DNA of 64,000 nucleotides from Nitrosopumilus sp. (GTDB lineage Archaea > Thermoproteota > Nitrososphaeria > Nitrososphaerales > Nitrosopumilaceae), in NCBI GenBank assembly GCA_965197525.1, contig OZ240211.1, positions 256,001 to 320,000 of the forward strand. The letters are read 5' to 3'. The position numbers and the translations under genes are program-made. Each line of letters begins with the position of its first letter. The stretch's first letter is position 1. Positions 40,628 to 50,233 of this stretch are shown here, piece by piece. The notes below the pieces were generated by a model. The model made no database searches. It saw nothing but the letters and a program-made list of their open reading frames with translations, and was not told the DNA's origin.

Positions 40628-41889
40628 TATGTCAATCCCTAAAATGTATAAACCTCTGAACCGTAAGATATTCGTTGAAAGCGATAAAGTCAATATCACA
40701 GAAATATGCGCAAAACTCTGATCTAATGGATATGATGGCTATATTCACAAAGATGGTCAATCATTGCATCAAGATAGGGTTGAAAGAAGACACTCACAAT
40801 ATGAAGAGGTTGTCCATGTTATGTTATCATGAATTACGTAACTATGACATTTTATCAACATACAAGATATGTGCAATATCAAGAGCTGCAGGCATATTAT
40901 CAAACAGAAAACAATCAAACAAACGAGGTGTCAGAATAAGAGACCCAATAGTCAAAAATCCCTTTATGACAAACTGTTACGGCATAAAACACAACGGTGC
41001 ACTACTAACAATCCCATACAAGAAACATAACCCAATCAACATTTTACTCAACGATCACACCCAAAAAATCCTATCTGATCCTGCCTTGACGGTGCGCTCG
41101 TTTTCATTGACTGCTCTGAACATCAGTCTTTGTGTTTCAAAAACAGTGCAAGAGATAGAGTGCACCAAGAAAGTGGGAATAGACAGAAACCTAAGAAATG
41201 TGACGTGTGGGAACGAGGAAGAGGTGACAGTCTACAAGACAAACAAACTGTTATCCATAAAGGAGAACACAATACACGCCAGGGCAGGCTTCCACAGAAA
41301 TGATCGCAGGAAGAAAAATCAGTTCTACAAGGAAAAACAGAGAAGACTGACTAACAGAGCAAAGCAGTACATCCACAGAATCTCAAAGGATATAGTAGAC
41401 AACGCAGTCAAAAACAAGACTGCAATCGTCATGGAAAACCTGAAAGGAATAAGAAAATTGTACCGAAAAGGAAACAGTCAAGGTAACAAGTACAGACGTA
41501 GATTGAACGGGTGGCAATTCTACGAGTTACAACGCCAAGTAGAATACAAAGCCCAATGGGTCGGACTACCTCCAGTCGAGACAGTAGACCCAAGAAACAC
41601 GAGCACGCAGTGTCCGCAATGCGGAAAGAGACTCCAAGAGGACATGCAACAACATCGTAAATTGTCGTGTAATAATTGCGGTTTGTTTATGGACAGGGAC
41701 ATCATCGCTGCCATGAACATATCACGCAAGCTGCCCCCTAGGTTTAGGGGTAGTAGAGGTGACATAGATGAAGCACAGTCCGGCACTTTTGAGCAGGCGA
41801 TGACGGAACCCAGCACACCATTGGTAATCCGAATAGTCGATATGTCAAAGTCAAGTTTAGGGGTTAACTCCCGATAACTTCACAGAACC
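40603..41889 (+). mobile_element. non-autonomous TIR-bounded element carrying only tnpB (1287 bp)
   Basis: Perfect inverted repeats at both ends enclose a single ORF; no transposase inside; no target-site duplication visible. Confidence 0.85.
40675..41877 (+). CDS. tnpB: RNA-guided endonuclease TnpB family protein
   Basis: RuvC-I VGIDRN, RuvC-II IVMENLKG, Zn finger CPQC..CNNC, RuvC-III DRDIIAAMNI; all three catalytic acidic residues present; TATA-like TGTATAAA ~25 nt before the TTG. Confidence 0.95.
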   Translation: MKAIKSISQKYAQNSDLMDMMAIFTKMVNHCIKIGLKEDTHNMKRLSMLCYHELRNYDILSTYKICAISRAAGILSNRKQSNKRGVRIRDPIVKNPFMTNCYGIKHNGALLTIPYKKHNPINILLNDHTQKILSDPALTVRSFSLTALNISLCVSKTVQEIECTKKVGIDRNLRNVTCGNEEEVTVYKTNKLLSIKENTIHARAGFHRNDRRKKNQFYKEKQRRLTNRAKQYIHRISKDIVDNAVKNKTAIVMENLKGIRKLYRKGNSQGNKYRRRLNGWQFYELQRQVEYKAQWVGLPPVETVDPRNTSTQCPQCGKRLQEDMQQHRKLSCNNCGLFMDRDIIAAMNISRKLPPRFRGSRGDIDEAQSGTFEQAMTEPSTPLVIRIVDMSKSSLGVNSR

Positions 41890-41890
41890 A
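41865..41890 (-). repeat. right terminal inverted repeat
   Basis: TAACTCCCGATAACTTCACAGAACCa; overlaps the tnpB stop codon. Confidence 0.97.
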
Positions 41891-42131
41891 TCAACAAGTT
41901 ACAGCTAGTTTGTTGATTGGACATTCCCGATAAACTCGAATCGTCAAATAAAATAACATTTGACGTACTAGCAGTTTAACGGAATATTGGCATTTTTGCA
42001 TACTGTGTTATACATGGCAAATCCTAGAATTATTGTCGCAAAAGTAACTAACGGAACTAAAAGGAATAGGTTGGTTTTGTTTACCACAAGCATCATGGTA
42101 ACATTTGGCTATAAAAATTATCGTCGTCTAG

Positions 42132-42560
42132 CTAGTCTACCATCACAGTAAATGTGCCTTGGGTATGCGAATCGCGTAGCAATTGTACCATCTCCCGAGG
42201 AATCAGATCAGATGCTTTGTCACAACACACAGCCAACGTTCTCGGACACGTAAAATCGCTTTTTCTGATAACGATATCTGTATCGTGAGTCAGTAACAAA
42301 TTTGGGTGACCTGTTCCATTAATGGTAAATTTGTAGTCTTGTACACAAATAGTAATAGTTACTCTAGTATTGGGATCTCGTAGTCGATCTTTGAGTTCTT
42401 GAGGCAACTCATTGCAGCTAGCAGCTGCGTTGACTCCTATAATACAATCTCCACTAGGTGTTAGAGATGACTCTTTTGTAATCTCGATAGTGCGACGATG
42501 GTTTGATCGGATATTTGCATGTCCAAAAAACGAGATCTCAAACTCCATGACAGTGATCAC
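42132..42560 (-). CDS. DUF371 family protein
   Basis: GH.NI.S.H..TIEITKE..LTP.GDCIIGV and D.VIRKSDF.C.RTL motifs. Confidence 0.88.
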   Translation of the reverse strand: MITVMEFEISFFGHANIRSNHRRTIEITKESSLTPSGDCIIGVNAAASCNELPQELKDRLRDPNTRVTITICVQDYKFTINGTGHPNLLLTHDTDIVIRKSDFTCPRTLAVCCDKASDLIPREMVQLLRDSHTQGTFTVMVD

Positions 42561-42774
42561 GTTACACTTTAATTAAATCTACTAACAATAAATCAATCTT
42601 GGCTGATTCTAGTCAAAGAATTTCAGAATCGGAGATAAAGTATATTTTATGAAACCCGATAAGAATCTAGTAAGAAAAAGATGACTAAAACTAACCAAAT
42701 GACTGAGCATTTGGCAGAATTTTATTTAAAAAAGATACCAATGCTTAAATTAAACTCTCGAAGAAAAAAATCAA

Positions 42775-43512
42775 ATGATGCCATCACAACAAGGTTATGA
42801 TAGGGCCATCACAGTATTCTCGCCGGATGGCAGGTTATACCAAGTGGAATACGCCATTGAGACAGTGCGGAAAGGCACTATAGCTGTAGGCATAAAATGC
42901 AAGCAAGGCATCATTATTGCAGTAGAAGAGAAATCAAGAAAATTACAGATATCAGATACTGCACAAAAAATATTTCAAATTGATGATCATGTGGGAGTGG
43001 CAGCAGCAGGCTACATCCCTGATGCACGAAGTCAAGTAGATAATGCCAGATTCTTCTCTCAAAGCAATCAAATGATATACGATGAACCAGTTCAAGTAGA
43101 AACTATAGCAAAACATCTAGCCGATCAATCCCAGCAGTATACCCAATACGCAGGGGTCAGACCATTTGGTGTAGCATTAATCATAGGAGGGGTAGTAAAC
43201 AAGACTCCTGAACTATTTCTCACCGATCCTAGCGGGACATACATCTCTTATGATGCAATATCCATAGGTTCAGGTTCTGACAAGGTTTCTGACTTTTTAG
43301 AAAAGGACTACAAGGATGATCTAACTCTGGATGATGCAGCAGTACTTGCAACAGCCGCAATCTATTTAGCAAGTGATGATAAAAGCGGAACTGATCATAT
43401 TCGTATGTCGTGCATCAAAGAAGAGACAGGATTATACGAGCTGGTATCAAATGATCAAATAACTCAATACACAAATACTGCCAAAGAAAGATACCCCAGT
43501 GATAAAAATTGA
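42775..43512 (+). CDS. psmA: proteasome alpha subunit
   Basis: YDRAITVFSPDGRLYQVEYA signature. Confidence 0.97.
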   Translation: MMPSQQGYDRAITVFSPDGRLYQVEYAIETVRKGTIAVGIKCKQGIIIAVEEKSRKLQISDTAQKIFQIDDHVGVAAAGYIPDARSQVDNARFFSQSNQMIYDEPVQVETIAKHLADQSQQYTQYAGVRPFGVALIIGGVVNKTPELFLTDPSGTYISYDAISIGSGSDKVSDFLEKDYKDDLTLDDAAVLATAAIYLASDDKSGTDHIRMSCIKEETGLYELVSNDQITQYTNTAKERYPSDKN

Positions 43513-44362
43513 TCATTGTGCAATACGAGAGACAAATCTGTTGAAACTATCTGTTGCCATACCAACATCCGCACTGTCTGATGAATCACTCAAAATAGAC
43601 AAGACAAAAAAAATATCAATACTAGCAAGAGCGTGTGCCATCTTCAAAATAGACACCGTCTATGTGTACCATCAAGGAGAAAAAACATCAGATAGTACGC
43701 TAATTACTACAATCCTAAAATATTTAGAGACGCCGCAATTCTTGAGAAAGAGATTATTTCCAAAGATAAATGATTTAAAATTTGCAGGTGCGCTACAACC
43801 ACTGAGAATTCCTAGTCATAGTACGCCTGCCAATCCAAAGAGCATAGCCCGTAACGATGTCAGGGAAGGAATCGTTGTAAGTGTAAAGGGACGGCGGTTT
43901 GTAGATGTTGGAATAAATCAACTAATTCCGTTTTTTGGGAATAGCACACCTCCTGGTAAAAGAATAACCATACAGTTCAAAGAAGGCTATCCAAACTTTT
44001 CAATCAAAGAGATATCGCCATATGAATCACCGGTGTATTGGGGTTATGTTGTCAAAGAGCGGGCAAACCTATACTCGTTGCTATCAGAGTGGAACGGCCA
44101 GATTATCCTCACATCCAGAAAAGGAAAAAAAGCGACAAGAGAGCAGATCTTCAAGTATACGAAATCAGATCAAAGCACGTTGATTGTTTTTGGATCGCCT
44201 GAAAAAGGAATTCACGAAATTGTGGGTCCCAAGATAAACAAAGTACAAAATGCTAAATTGTTAAACTTCTTTCCAGATCAAGCAACCCAGACCGTACGAT
44301 TAGAGGAAGCTTTGCTTGGCACGCTTGCAATAATTAACATGTATAATCACGATAATGGCTGA
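43499..44362 (+). CDS. SPOUT-family RNA methyltransferase (DUF171 type)
   Basis: LARACAIF, KYLETPQFLRK, FGSPEKG, TVRLEEAL; usual position upstream of rpl3 in archaea. Confidence 0.88.
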   Translation: MIKIDHCAIRETNLLKLSVAIPTSALSDESLKIDKTKKISILARACAIFKIDTVYVYHQGEKTSDSTLITTILKYLETPQFLRKRLFPKINDLKFAGALQPLRIPSHSTPANPKSIARNDVREGIVVSVKGRRFVDVGINQLIPFFGNSTPPGKRITIQFKEGYPNFSIKEISPYESPVYWGYVVKERANLYSLLSEWNGQIILTSRKGKKATREQIFKYTKSDQSTLIVFGSPEKGIHEIVGPKINKVQNAKLLNFFPDQATQTVRLEEALLGTLAIINMYNHDNG

Positions 44363-44465
44363 GCGAAAGAACTTTCTATTATTGGCAATAGGGATGGGCA
44401 TAGTGGGAATAGCAGTCGGTGCCGCTACGATCCTAACTGCAGTACAGGACGTCATAGCACCGTGA
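44355..44465 (+). CDS. small membrane protein (36 aa, not in ORF track)
   Basis: MAERKNFLLLAIGMGIVGIAVGAATILTAVQDVIAP; overlaps the upstream stop by 8 nt. Confidence 0.55.
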   Translation: MAERKNFLLLAIGMGIVGIAVGAATILTAVQDVIAP

Positions 44466-44540
44466 TGATGGTTAACCTAAATTTTTTTCCAGGTTAACAA
44501 TCTTATGGTTTAATAGAGGGAGTTTAAGCACTCAAATCCA

Positions 44541-45542
44541 ATGGGAGCTAGAAAACGCCATTCGCCAAGAAGAGGGAGTCTTGCATACTCACCACGTGTA
44601 CGCGCAAAGAGCATGGAGGCAAGAATTAGAGCATGGCCAAAAGTTGACACTGCTGAACCCAAGATACTCGCTCACTGCGGGTTTAAGGCAGGATGTGTAC
44701 AGATTGTGAGCATAGATGATAGGGACAAAGTTCCAAACGCAGGAAAGCAGCTAGTTAGCCTAGGGACAGTCCTTGTAACACCGCCGGTACTAATTTTGGG
44801 AATAAGGGGTTATTCCAAAGATAATGATGGCAGACATGCAGAGTTTGATGTTTATGCTGAATATATTCCAAAAAATATTGCCAAGGAGATAAAGATAGAA
44901 AATGTTGCAGGTTCAATAGAAAAGGCAGAAAAAAAATTAAAACATGTACAAGAGATCTTTGCAATAGTTGCAGTATCTCCAAGGGATGCAGGACTAGAAC
45001 AAAAGAAACCATACATATTTGAAGCACAAGTAAGTGGAGGTAACAATGATATTTTAAAACAATTTACACATGTAAAAGAATTACTTGGAAAAGAGGTAAA
45101 GATCGATCAGATATTTGAAACGGGTGCAACAGTAGATGTTGCTGCCATTACCAAGGGCAAAGGATGGCAAGGCGTAATACAGAGATGGGGGGTAAAAAAG
45201 AAACAACACAAATCCCGAAAGACTGTCAGAGAGGTAGGATCACTTGGACCAATATCTCCACAAAGTGTAATGTATACCGTTCCAAGAGCAGGACAGATGG
45301 GATTCCATCAAAGAGTGGAATATGATAAAAGAATAATGATAATGGGCAATACAGAATCAGACGACAAGTTAAAGATTAATCCAGACGGGGGCTACAAGCA
45401 CTTTGGACTAGTCAAGGGAGATTTTATTATTCTAAAGGGATCCGTGCCAGGAACTTACAAGCGACTGATCAAATTACGTAGTCAGATTAGAAATACACCT
45501 ACACGAATCAACAAACCCAAGATCTTGGAGGTAGTTGTATAG
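44541..45542 (+). CDS. rpl3: 50S ribosomal protein L3
   Basis: PRRGSLAYSPR, TKGKGWQG, RAGQMGFHQR. Confidence 0.97.
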   Translation: MGARKRHSPRRGSLAYSPRVRAKSMEARIRAWPKVDTAEPKILAHCGFKAGCVQIVSIDDRDKVPNAGKQLVSLGTVLVTPPVLILGIRGYSKDNDGRHAEFDVYAEYIPKNIAKEIKIENVAGSIEKAEKKLKHVQEIFAIVAVSPRDAGLEQKKPYIFEAQVSGGNNDILKQFTHVKELLGKEVKIDQIFETGATVDVAAITKGKGWQGVIQRWGVKKKQHKSRKTVREVGSLGPISPQSVMYTVPRAGQMGFHQRVEYDKRIMIMGNTESDDKLKINPDGGYKHFGLVKGDFIILKGSVPGTYKRLIKLRSQIRNTPTRINKPKILEVVV

Positions 45543-45544
45543 TT

Positions 45545-46378
45545 ATGAGTAATAAAAACAAAGCACCCAGTGCACCCATACTTTCAACTAACGGCAAAAA
45601 AATAGAAGAGATGGAATTGCCTCTGATATTTTCAACGCCATACAGACACGACTTGATTCACAAGGCATTTACAAATCTGACATCGCATAAATTCCAAAGA
45701 CAGGGCAGAAAACCGAATGCAGGAATGGATGTAGTGGCAGATTCAAACGATCCGCCTACAGGACAAGGGGTATCCCGTGTTGCGAGAATGGCCGGAGGCG
45801 GAGGAGGTAGACAGGGTCAAGGCGCAGAAGTCGCATCAACTAGAGGCGGCAGACAAGCGCACCCACCAATAGTGGAAAAAGTAATCTACAAAAAATTAAA
45901 CAAAAAAGAGAACAAACTAGCGTTATGTTCTGCCATTGCTGCAACTGCATCAAAACAGCTAGTAGAGCGCCGAGGCCATATAGTCGATAATGTGGAATCG
46001 TTCCCAATCATAGTATCTGACGATATAGAGACAGTATCCAAAGCAAGCGACATGACTGCAATACTAGATAATTTGAAACTGCTATCAGATGTCAAGAGAT
46101 TAAAAAATAGAAAACCACGTTCTGGCCAGTCAAGACTGCGAGGCCGCAGCAAAAAGACAGGAAAGAGTGTTTTGTTTGTGACCGTTGATTCCGCTCAAGT
46201 AAAACAAGCAGTAGGAGCATTGCCTGGTGTACAGGTAAGAGATGTAAAAGATCTAAGTGTATTGGATTTAGCCCCCGGTTCTGACCCGATCAGACTAACC
46301 GTATACTCAAAATCGGCAATACATGCGATCGGAGAGATTAAATCAACCCATCTGAAAATAATGGTGAATGTGCAATGA
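45545..46378 (+). CDS. rpl4: 50S ribosomal protein L4
   Basis: GQGVSRVAR, GGRQAHPP, DLAPG. Confidence 0.97.
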   Translation: MSNKNKAPSAPILSTNGKKIEEMELPLIFSTPYRHDLIHKAFTNLTSHKFQRQGRKPNAGMDVVADSNDPPTGQGVSRVARMAGGGGGRQGQGAEVASTRGGRQAHPPIVEKVIYKKLNKKENKLALCSAIAATASKQLVERRGHIVDNVESFPIIVSDDIETVSKASDMTAILDNLKLLSDVKRLKNRKPRSGQSRLRGRSKKTGKSVLFVTVDSAQVKQAVGALPGVQVRDVKDLSVLDLAPGSDPIRLTVYSKSAIHAIGEIKSTHLKIMVNVQ

Positions 46379-46641
46379 ATATTGAACAGGCAATGAAGAT
46401 AGTGATAAAACCACACATAACAGAGAAGACCTTTGCGATGATAGAGGCAGAGAACAAGATTTGCTTTATTGTGGAGCGATCAGCTAACAAACAAGACATA
46501 TCACTTGCAGTTAAAACACTATACAAAGAAGATGTCAAAAAAGTAAATACCGCAAGAACGATTTACGGTAAAAAGGCATTTGTTCAACTAGAAAACATCG
46601 ACCAAGCCAGAGATTTGGCTACAAAAATAGGAATGCTATAA
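46375..46641 (+). CDS. rpl23: 50S ribosomal protein L23
   Basis: PHITEKT, NK.DI..AV, KKAFVQL. Confidence 0.96.
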   Translation: MNIEQAMKIVIKPHITEKTFAMIEAENKICFIVERSANKQDISLAVKTLYKEDVKKVNTARTIYGKKAFVQLENIDQARDLATKIGML

Positions 46642-46707
46642 TATGGAACATAAAGCGCATAATGTTGTAGAAGTGATGATGAGAACGATTACAAGGGGTC
46701 AAATGAC

Positions 46708-47103
46708 ATGGTAAAAGAATTTTTGTACAGAGGCATCCCAAAAGAAGAACTCGACAACATGTCACTAGAAAAACTCTTTTTGTTGTTTAACTCCAGACAA
46801 CGAAGATCGCTTACAAGGGGCATAACAGATGGTAAAAGAAAGCTGATTGGAGAGATAAAGGCAGCCAAAGCAGGCAAGCTAAAAAATCCCGTCAAGACGC
46901 ATGTCCGAGATTTGATTATTCTGCCATACATGGTAGGCGTTACAGTAAATGTATTTTCTGGAAAAGAGTTTCAGCCTCTAACTATCACAGCTGAGATGAT
47001 TGGGCATTACCTAGGAGAATACGTAATAACAAACAAGAGAGTTTCACACGGTGCTCCAGGCGTTGGTGCATCAAGATCCAGTCTCTACGTACCATTAAAG
47101 TGA
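46708..47103 (+). CDS. rps19: 30S ribosomal protein S19
   Basis: KTHVRDLIILP, MIGHYLGEY. Confidence 0.97.
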   Translation: MVKEFLYRGIPKEELDNMSLEKLFLLFNSRQRRSLTRGITDGKRKLIGEIKAAKAGKLKNPVKTHVRDLIILPYMVGVTVNVFSGKEFQPLTITAEMIGHYLGEYVITNKRVSHGAPGVGASRSSLYVPLK

Positions 47104-47108
47104 TTCAT

Positions 47109-47567
47109 ATGAGCAGATTTAGTTACGCGTTTCAAAACTATGACCATACAAGGCACGTACGCGCATCAGTCAGAGAGAAAGACATGTCGCACAAACACGC
47201 GCGTGAGGTAGCAGTAGCAATAAAGGGATTATCCATGGAGAAAGCAAGAGACTATCTACAGGCAGTCATTAATATGGACAGAGCAGTAGCTTTTAGGCGA
47301 TACAAAAACCAAGTTGGGCACAAAGCAGATCCCGGTATGATGGCAGGACGCTATCCACAAAAGACTGCCAAAGAATTCATCAAAGTTTTAGACAATTTAG
47401 AGGCAAACGCGCAGTTCAAAGGAATGGATATGGACAGAATTAAAATTATTAATGCTACAGTTCACAAGGGCGTTACAGTAAAGAGGTTTATTCCACGTGC
47501 CATGGGCAGGGCAACACCAAAGAATAACGTGTTAACGCATGTAGAGTTGGTTGGAAGGGAGGTATAA
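47109..47567 (+). CDS. rpl22: 50S ribosomal protein L22
   Basis: [17 protein letters not shown]; ATG 47109. Confidence 0.96.
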   Translation: MSRFSYAFQNYDHTRHVRASVREKDMSHKHAREVAVAIKGLSMEKARDYLQAVINMDRAVAFRRYKNQVGHKADPGMMAGRYPQKTAKEFIKVLDNLEANAQFKGMDMDRIKIINATVHKGVTVKRFIPRAMGRATPKNNVLTHVELVGREV

Positions 47568-47575
47568 CAAGAGAG

Positions 47576-48337
47576 ATGTCTGCAGTAAAAAACGTAATTA
47601 AAGATAATTACAACATGATGTTGCTTAAAGATTATCTAAGAGAAGCCATAAAAGATGCAGGCTTTTCACATGCAGAGATCTCAAAGACGCCGATAGGAAC
47701 TCGCGTTGCACTACATGTGACAAGACCCGGAATAGTTATCGGCAGAAAAGGTTCAGGTATCAGGCTATTGACTGAAAAACTCGCAACTGATTTTGGACTA
47801 AAGAACCCACAAATTTCAGTAATAGAGATTGAAAAGCCAGAACTTACACCCAGCGTAATGTGTAACAGAATGGCATCACATATAGAACGTGGAACGGCGT
47901 TCAGACGAGCAACAATGTGGACGCTAAAACAGATCATGGAAGGTGGGGCAATGGGCGTCCAAATAACCATATCTGGAAAACTTAGAGGTGATCGTTCAGC
48001 CTTTGAGAAACATACTGCAGGAATATTGCCCAGAGCAGGATATCATGCAGAACTCATAGTAAAAGAAGACATTGCACATGTAAAGACTGCAATGGGACTG
48101 ATTGGAATAAGAATAAGAATTGCAATCAAGGAAAAATTAATTCCAGAATTTGAGATGAGAATTATGAAACCAAAGAAAGAACGACTGCAAGTTCAAGATA
48201 AAAAGACTGGAAAGATGCGAGATGAAACTGCAGGTGAAAGAAAGGCAAGAACAGAGTCAGAATATATTGCACTGGAAGAAGAGAAGATGAAATCAATAGA
48301 GACATTAGAAGAAGAAGAAGAGGCCAAGCTAAAATGA
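47576..48337 (+). CDS. rps3: 30S ribosomal protein S3
   Basis: KH domain [20 protein letters not shown]. Confidence 0.97.
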   Translation: MSAVKNVIKDNYNMMLLKDYLREAIKDAGFSHAEISKTPIGTRVALHVTRPGIVIGRKGSGIRLLTEKLATDFGLKNPQISVIEIEKPELTPSVMCNRMASHIERGTAFRRATMWTLKQIMEGGAMGVQITISGKLRGDRSAFEKHTAGILPRAGYHAELIVKEDIAHVKTAMGLIGIRIRIAIKEKLIPEFEMRIMKPKKERLQVQDKKTGKMRDETAGERKARTESEYIALEEEKMKSIETLEEEEEAKLK

Positions 48338-48561
48338 CTAGGACTAGCATGAAGACTATTAGGGAGTTAGGCGAGGTGGATCTCCAAAAGAAGATTCAAG
48401 AGATAAAAAGTGAACTAGTCAAACTCAAAGTTGACGGCTCAAAGGGAACGTTGAGAAAAGAGAGTGGCAAACTAAAACCATTGCGTCATGATATTGCAAG
48501 AATGTTAACTAGAATAAATGAGATAAAAAGAGAGAAACAAAAAGAGGAACAGAGACAATGA
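48334..48561 (+). CDS. rpl29: 50S ribosomal protein L29
   Basis: RHDIARMLT; position after rps3. Confidence 0.93.
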   Translation: MTRTSMKTIRELGEVDLQKKIQEIKSELVKLKVDGSKGTLRKESGKLKPLRHDIARMLTRINEIKREKQKEEQRQ

Positions 48562-48851
48562 CCATAACTGCACAAAATATTATGTCACATGAATTCATAG
48601 GACTGGACACCAAAGTAGTGCATTCAACCAACCCTCAAATCATAGGATTAAATGGAAGAATAATTAATGAAACAAGATCAATGTTTACAATAGATGTCAA
48701 TCACAGAGTACCAAAATCAGTTCCAAAAGCTGGAAGTGAATGGGAATTCAAAATTCAAAAAGATATAGTAATAATTGATGGTTCTAAAATTATAAAAAGA
48801 CCCTATGATAGAATTGTTGGAGGGATAGGCAAGGAGAAGAAAGCGCAATGA
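48558..48851 (+). CDS. rnp1: ribonuclease P protein subunit (Rpp29/Pop4)
   Basis: HEFIGL, GRIINETR; canonical position between L29 and S17. Confidence 0.92.
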   Translation: MTITAQNIMSHEFIGLDTKVVHSTNPQIIGLNGRIINETRSMFTIDVNHRVPKSVPKAGSEWEFKIQKDIVIIDGSKIIKRPYDRIVGGIGKEKKAQ

Positions 48852-49171
48852 CTACAAACATAGGATTAAAAGTAAATGAACCAAAGAGAGAATGTACTGA
48901 CAAGCACTGTCCATTTCATGGTGGTTTATCCATCAGAGGAAAGCTATTTGACGGTCAAGTAACAGGCAGTAAAGCAAAACAAACAATAACACTACAGAAA
49001 GATTCACCAATCTACTTTAGTAAATTTAAACGATATGCTAGAGGTACTAGTACAATTCATGCACATGTTCCAATGTGTATCGATGTAGAGAATGGTAATC
49101 ACATACTAGCAGCAGAATGCAGACCGATATCAAAGTCAGTATCCTATGTTGTAGTGGAGGTTAGATCATAA
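48848..49171 (+). CDS. rps17: 30S ribosomal protein S17
   Basis: CTDKHCPFHG, ECRPISKS. Confidence 0.96.
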   Translation: MTTNIGLKVNEPKRECTDKHCPFHGGLSIRGKLFDGQVTGSKAKQTITLQKDSPIYFSKFKRYARGTSTIHAHVPMCIDVENGNHILAAECRPISKSVSYVVVEVRS

Positions 49172-49173
49172 CA

Positions 49174-49596
49174 ATGGCCAAGCAGGCAGGTAAAGGAGTA
49201 GAAGAGTTCCGTCCCTATGTGACCAAAGTGCTACCAGTTGGTGCAAATATTGTGTGTGCCGATAACTCTGGTGCCAAAATTTTAGAGATAATTAATGTTC
49301 CAAGACACAAGACTAGAGCGTCACGATTACCATCAGCATCAGTTGGTGACTTTTGCAATGTTGTCGTAAAAAAGGGACCTGCAGAGTTACGAAAACAAGT
49401 CCATGGGGCAGTAATAATTAGACAAAAATACGCAATTCGTCGATTGAACGGTGTTAGAGTATGCTTTGAGGATAATGCAGCAGTGATAATTACTCCAGAG
49501 GGTGAAACCAAGGGAACTGATATTAAAGGACCAGTAGCAGTTGAGGCATCTGAAAAATGGCCAAGGGTAGCTAATCTGGCATCAATGGTGGTATGA
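49174..49596 (+). CDS. rpl14: 50S ribosomal protein L14
   Basis: CADNSGAK, FEDNAAV, IKGPVA. Confidence 0.97.
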   Translation: MAKQAGKGVEEFRPYVTKVLPVGANIVCADNSGAKILEIINVPRHKTRASRLPSASVGDFCNVVVKKGPAELRKQVHGAVIIRQKYAIRRLNGVRVCFEDNAAVIITPEGETKGTDIKGPVAVEASEKWPRVANLASMVV

Positions 49597-49600
49597 TATC

Positions 49601-50233
49601 ATGAAGCCAACAAAAATGCGCAACAGGTTAATTTATCAGGCAACTTTTCATACAAAGAGCAAACAACTAACAAGCCAATTGTCAAAAAATTTGGCCAAAA
49701 AATATGGAAAGAAGAGCGTACGTGTTATTGAAGGCGATAGTATCAAGATATTACGAGGCGAATTCAAGGGAGTAGACGGCAAGATATCAGATGTATCAAT
49801 AAAGAGAAATGGTGTTGCAATTGATGGGATAAAAAAAGAAAAAAGCAAAGGTGATAAATTTGATGTGTATATCCATACATCAAATTTGGTAGTGACATCA
49901 TTGGATACGACTGACAAATGGAGAATAGAAAAATTACAGAAAGGTTTACCTCCAATACCATCTAGTGATATAACAGATGATAACGATGATAAAGTACAAA
50001 AAAGTGGTGTAGACAATATAGATGAACAACAAAAAGAGGTTGTCATAGAGAAACAAGATGACACTACGCACATGCAAATAAAAACGAAAAATGATAATGA
50101 TGGCGATGGCGATAAAGACGACGATAGTAATGATATCTCACACAAGGAAGATCTAAAAGATCAAACAACAACTACTAATGACACTAAAGAAACAAAAGCA
50201 GATATATCTAACACAAAAGAGGATGTAAAGTAA
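49601..50233 (+). CDS. rpl24: 50S ribosomal protein L24 with long acidic C-terminal extension
   Basis: KOW motif GDSIKILRGEFKG, IHTSNL, then ~95 aa Asp/Lys/Thr-rich tail. Confidence 0.95.
   Translation: MKPTKMRNRLIYQATFHTKSKQLTSQLSKNLAKKYGKKSVRVIEGDSIKILRGEFKGVDGKISDVSIKRNGVAIDGIKKEKSKGDKFDVYIHTSNLVVTSLDTTDKWRIEKLQKGLPPIPSSDITDDNDDKVQKSGVDNIDEQQKEVVIEKQDDTTHMQIKTKNDNDGDGDKDDDSNDISHKEDLKDQTTTTNDTKETKADISNTKEDVK

Noticed and set aside
40590-41900. Target-site duplication around the TnpB element
   Set aside because: Left flank GGATACTT and right flank ATCAACAA do not match at any short length.
46641-46708. Missing rpl2 between rpl23 and rps19, and cluster ending at rpl6
   Set aside because: As I recall this layout is ordinary for Nitrosopumilaceae, with those genes elsewhere; no remnant or scar is visible.
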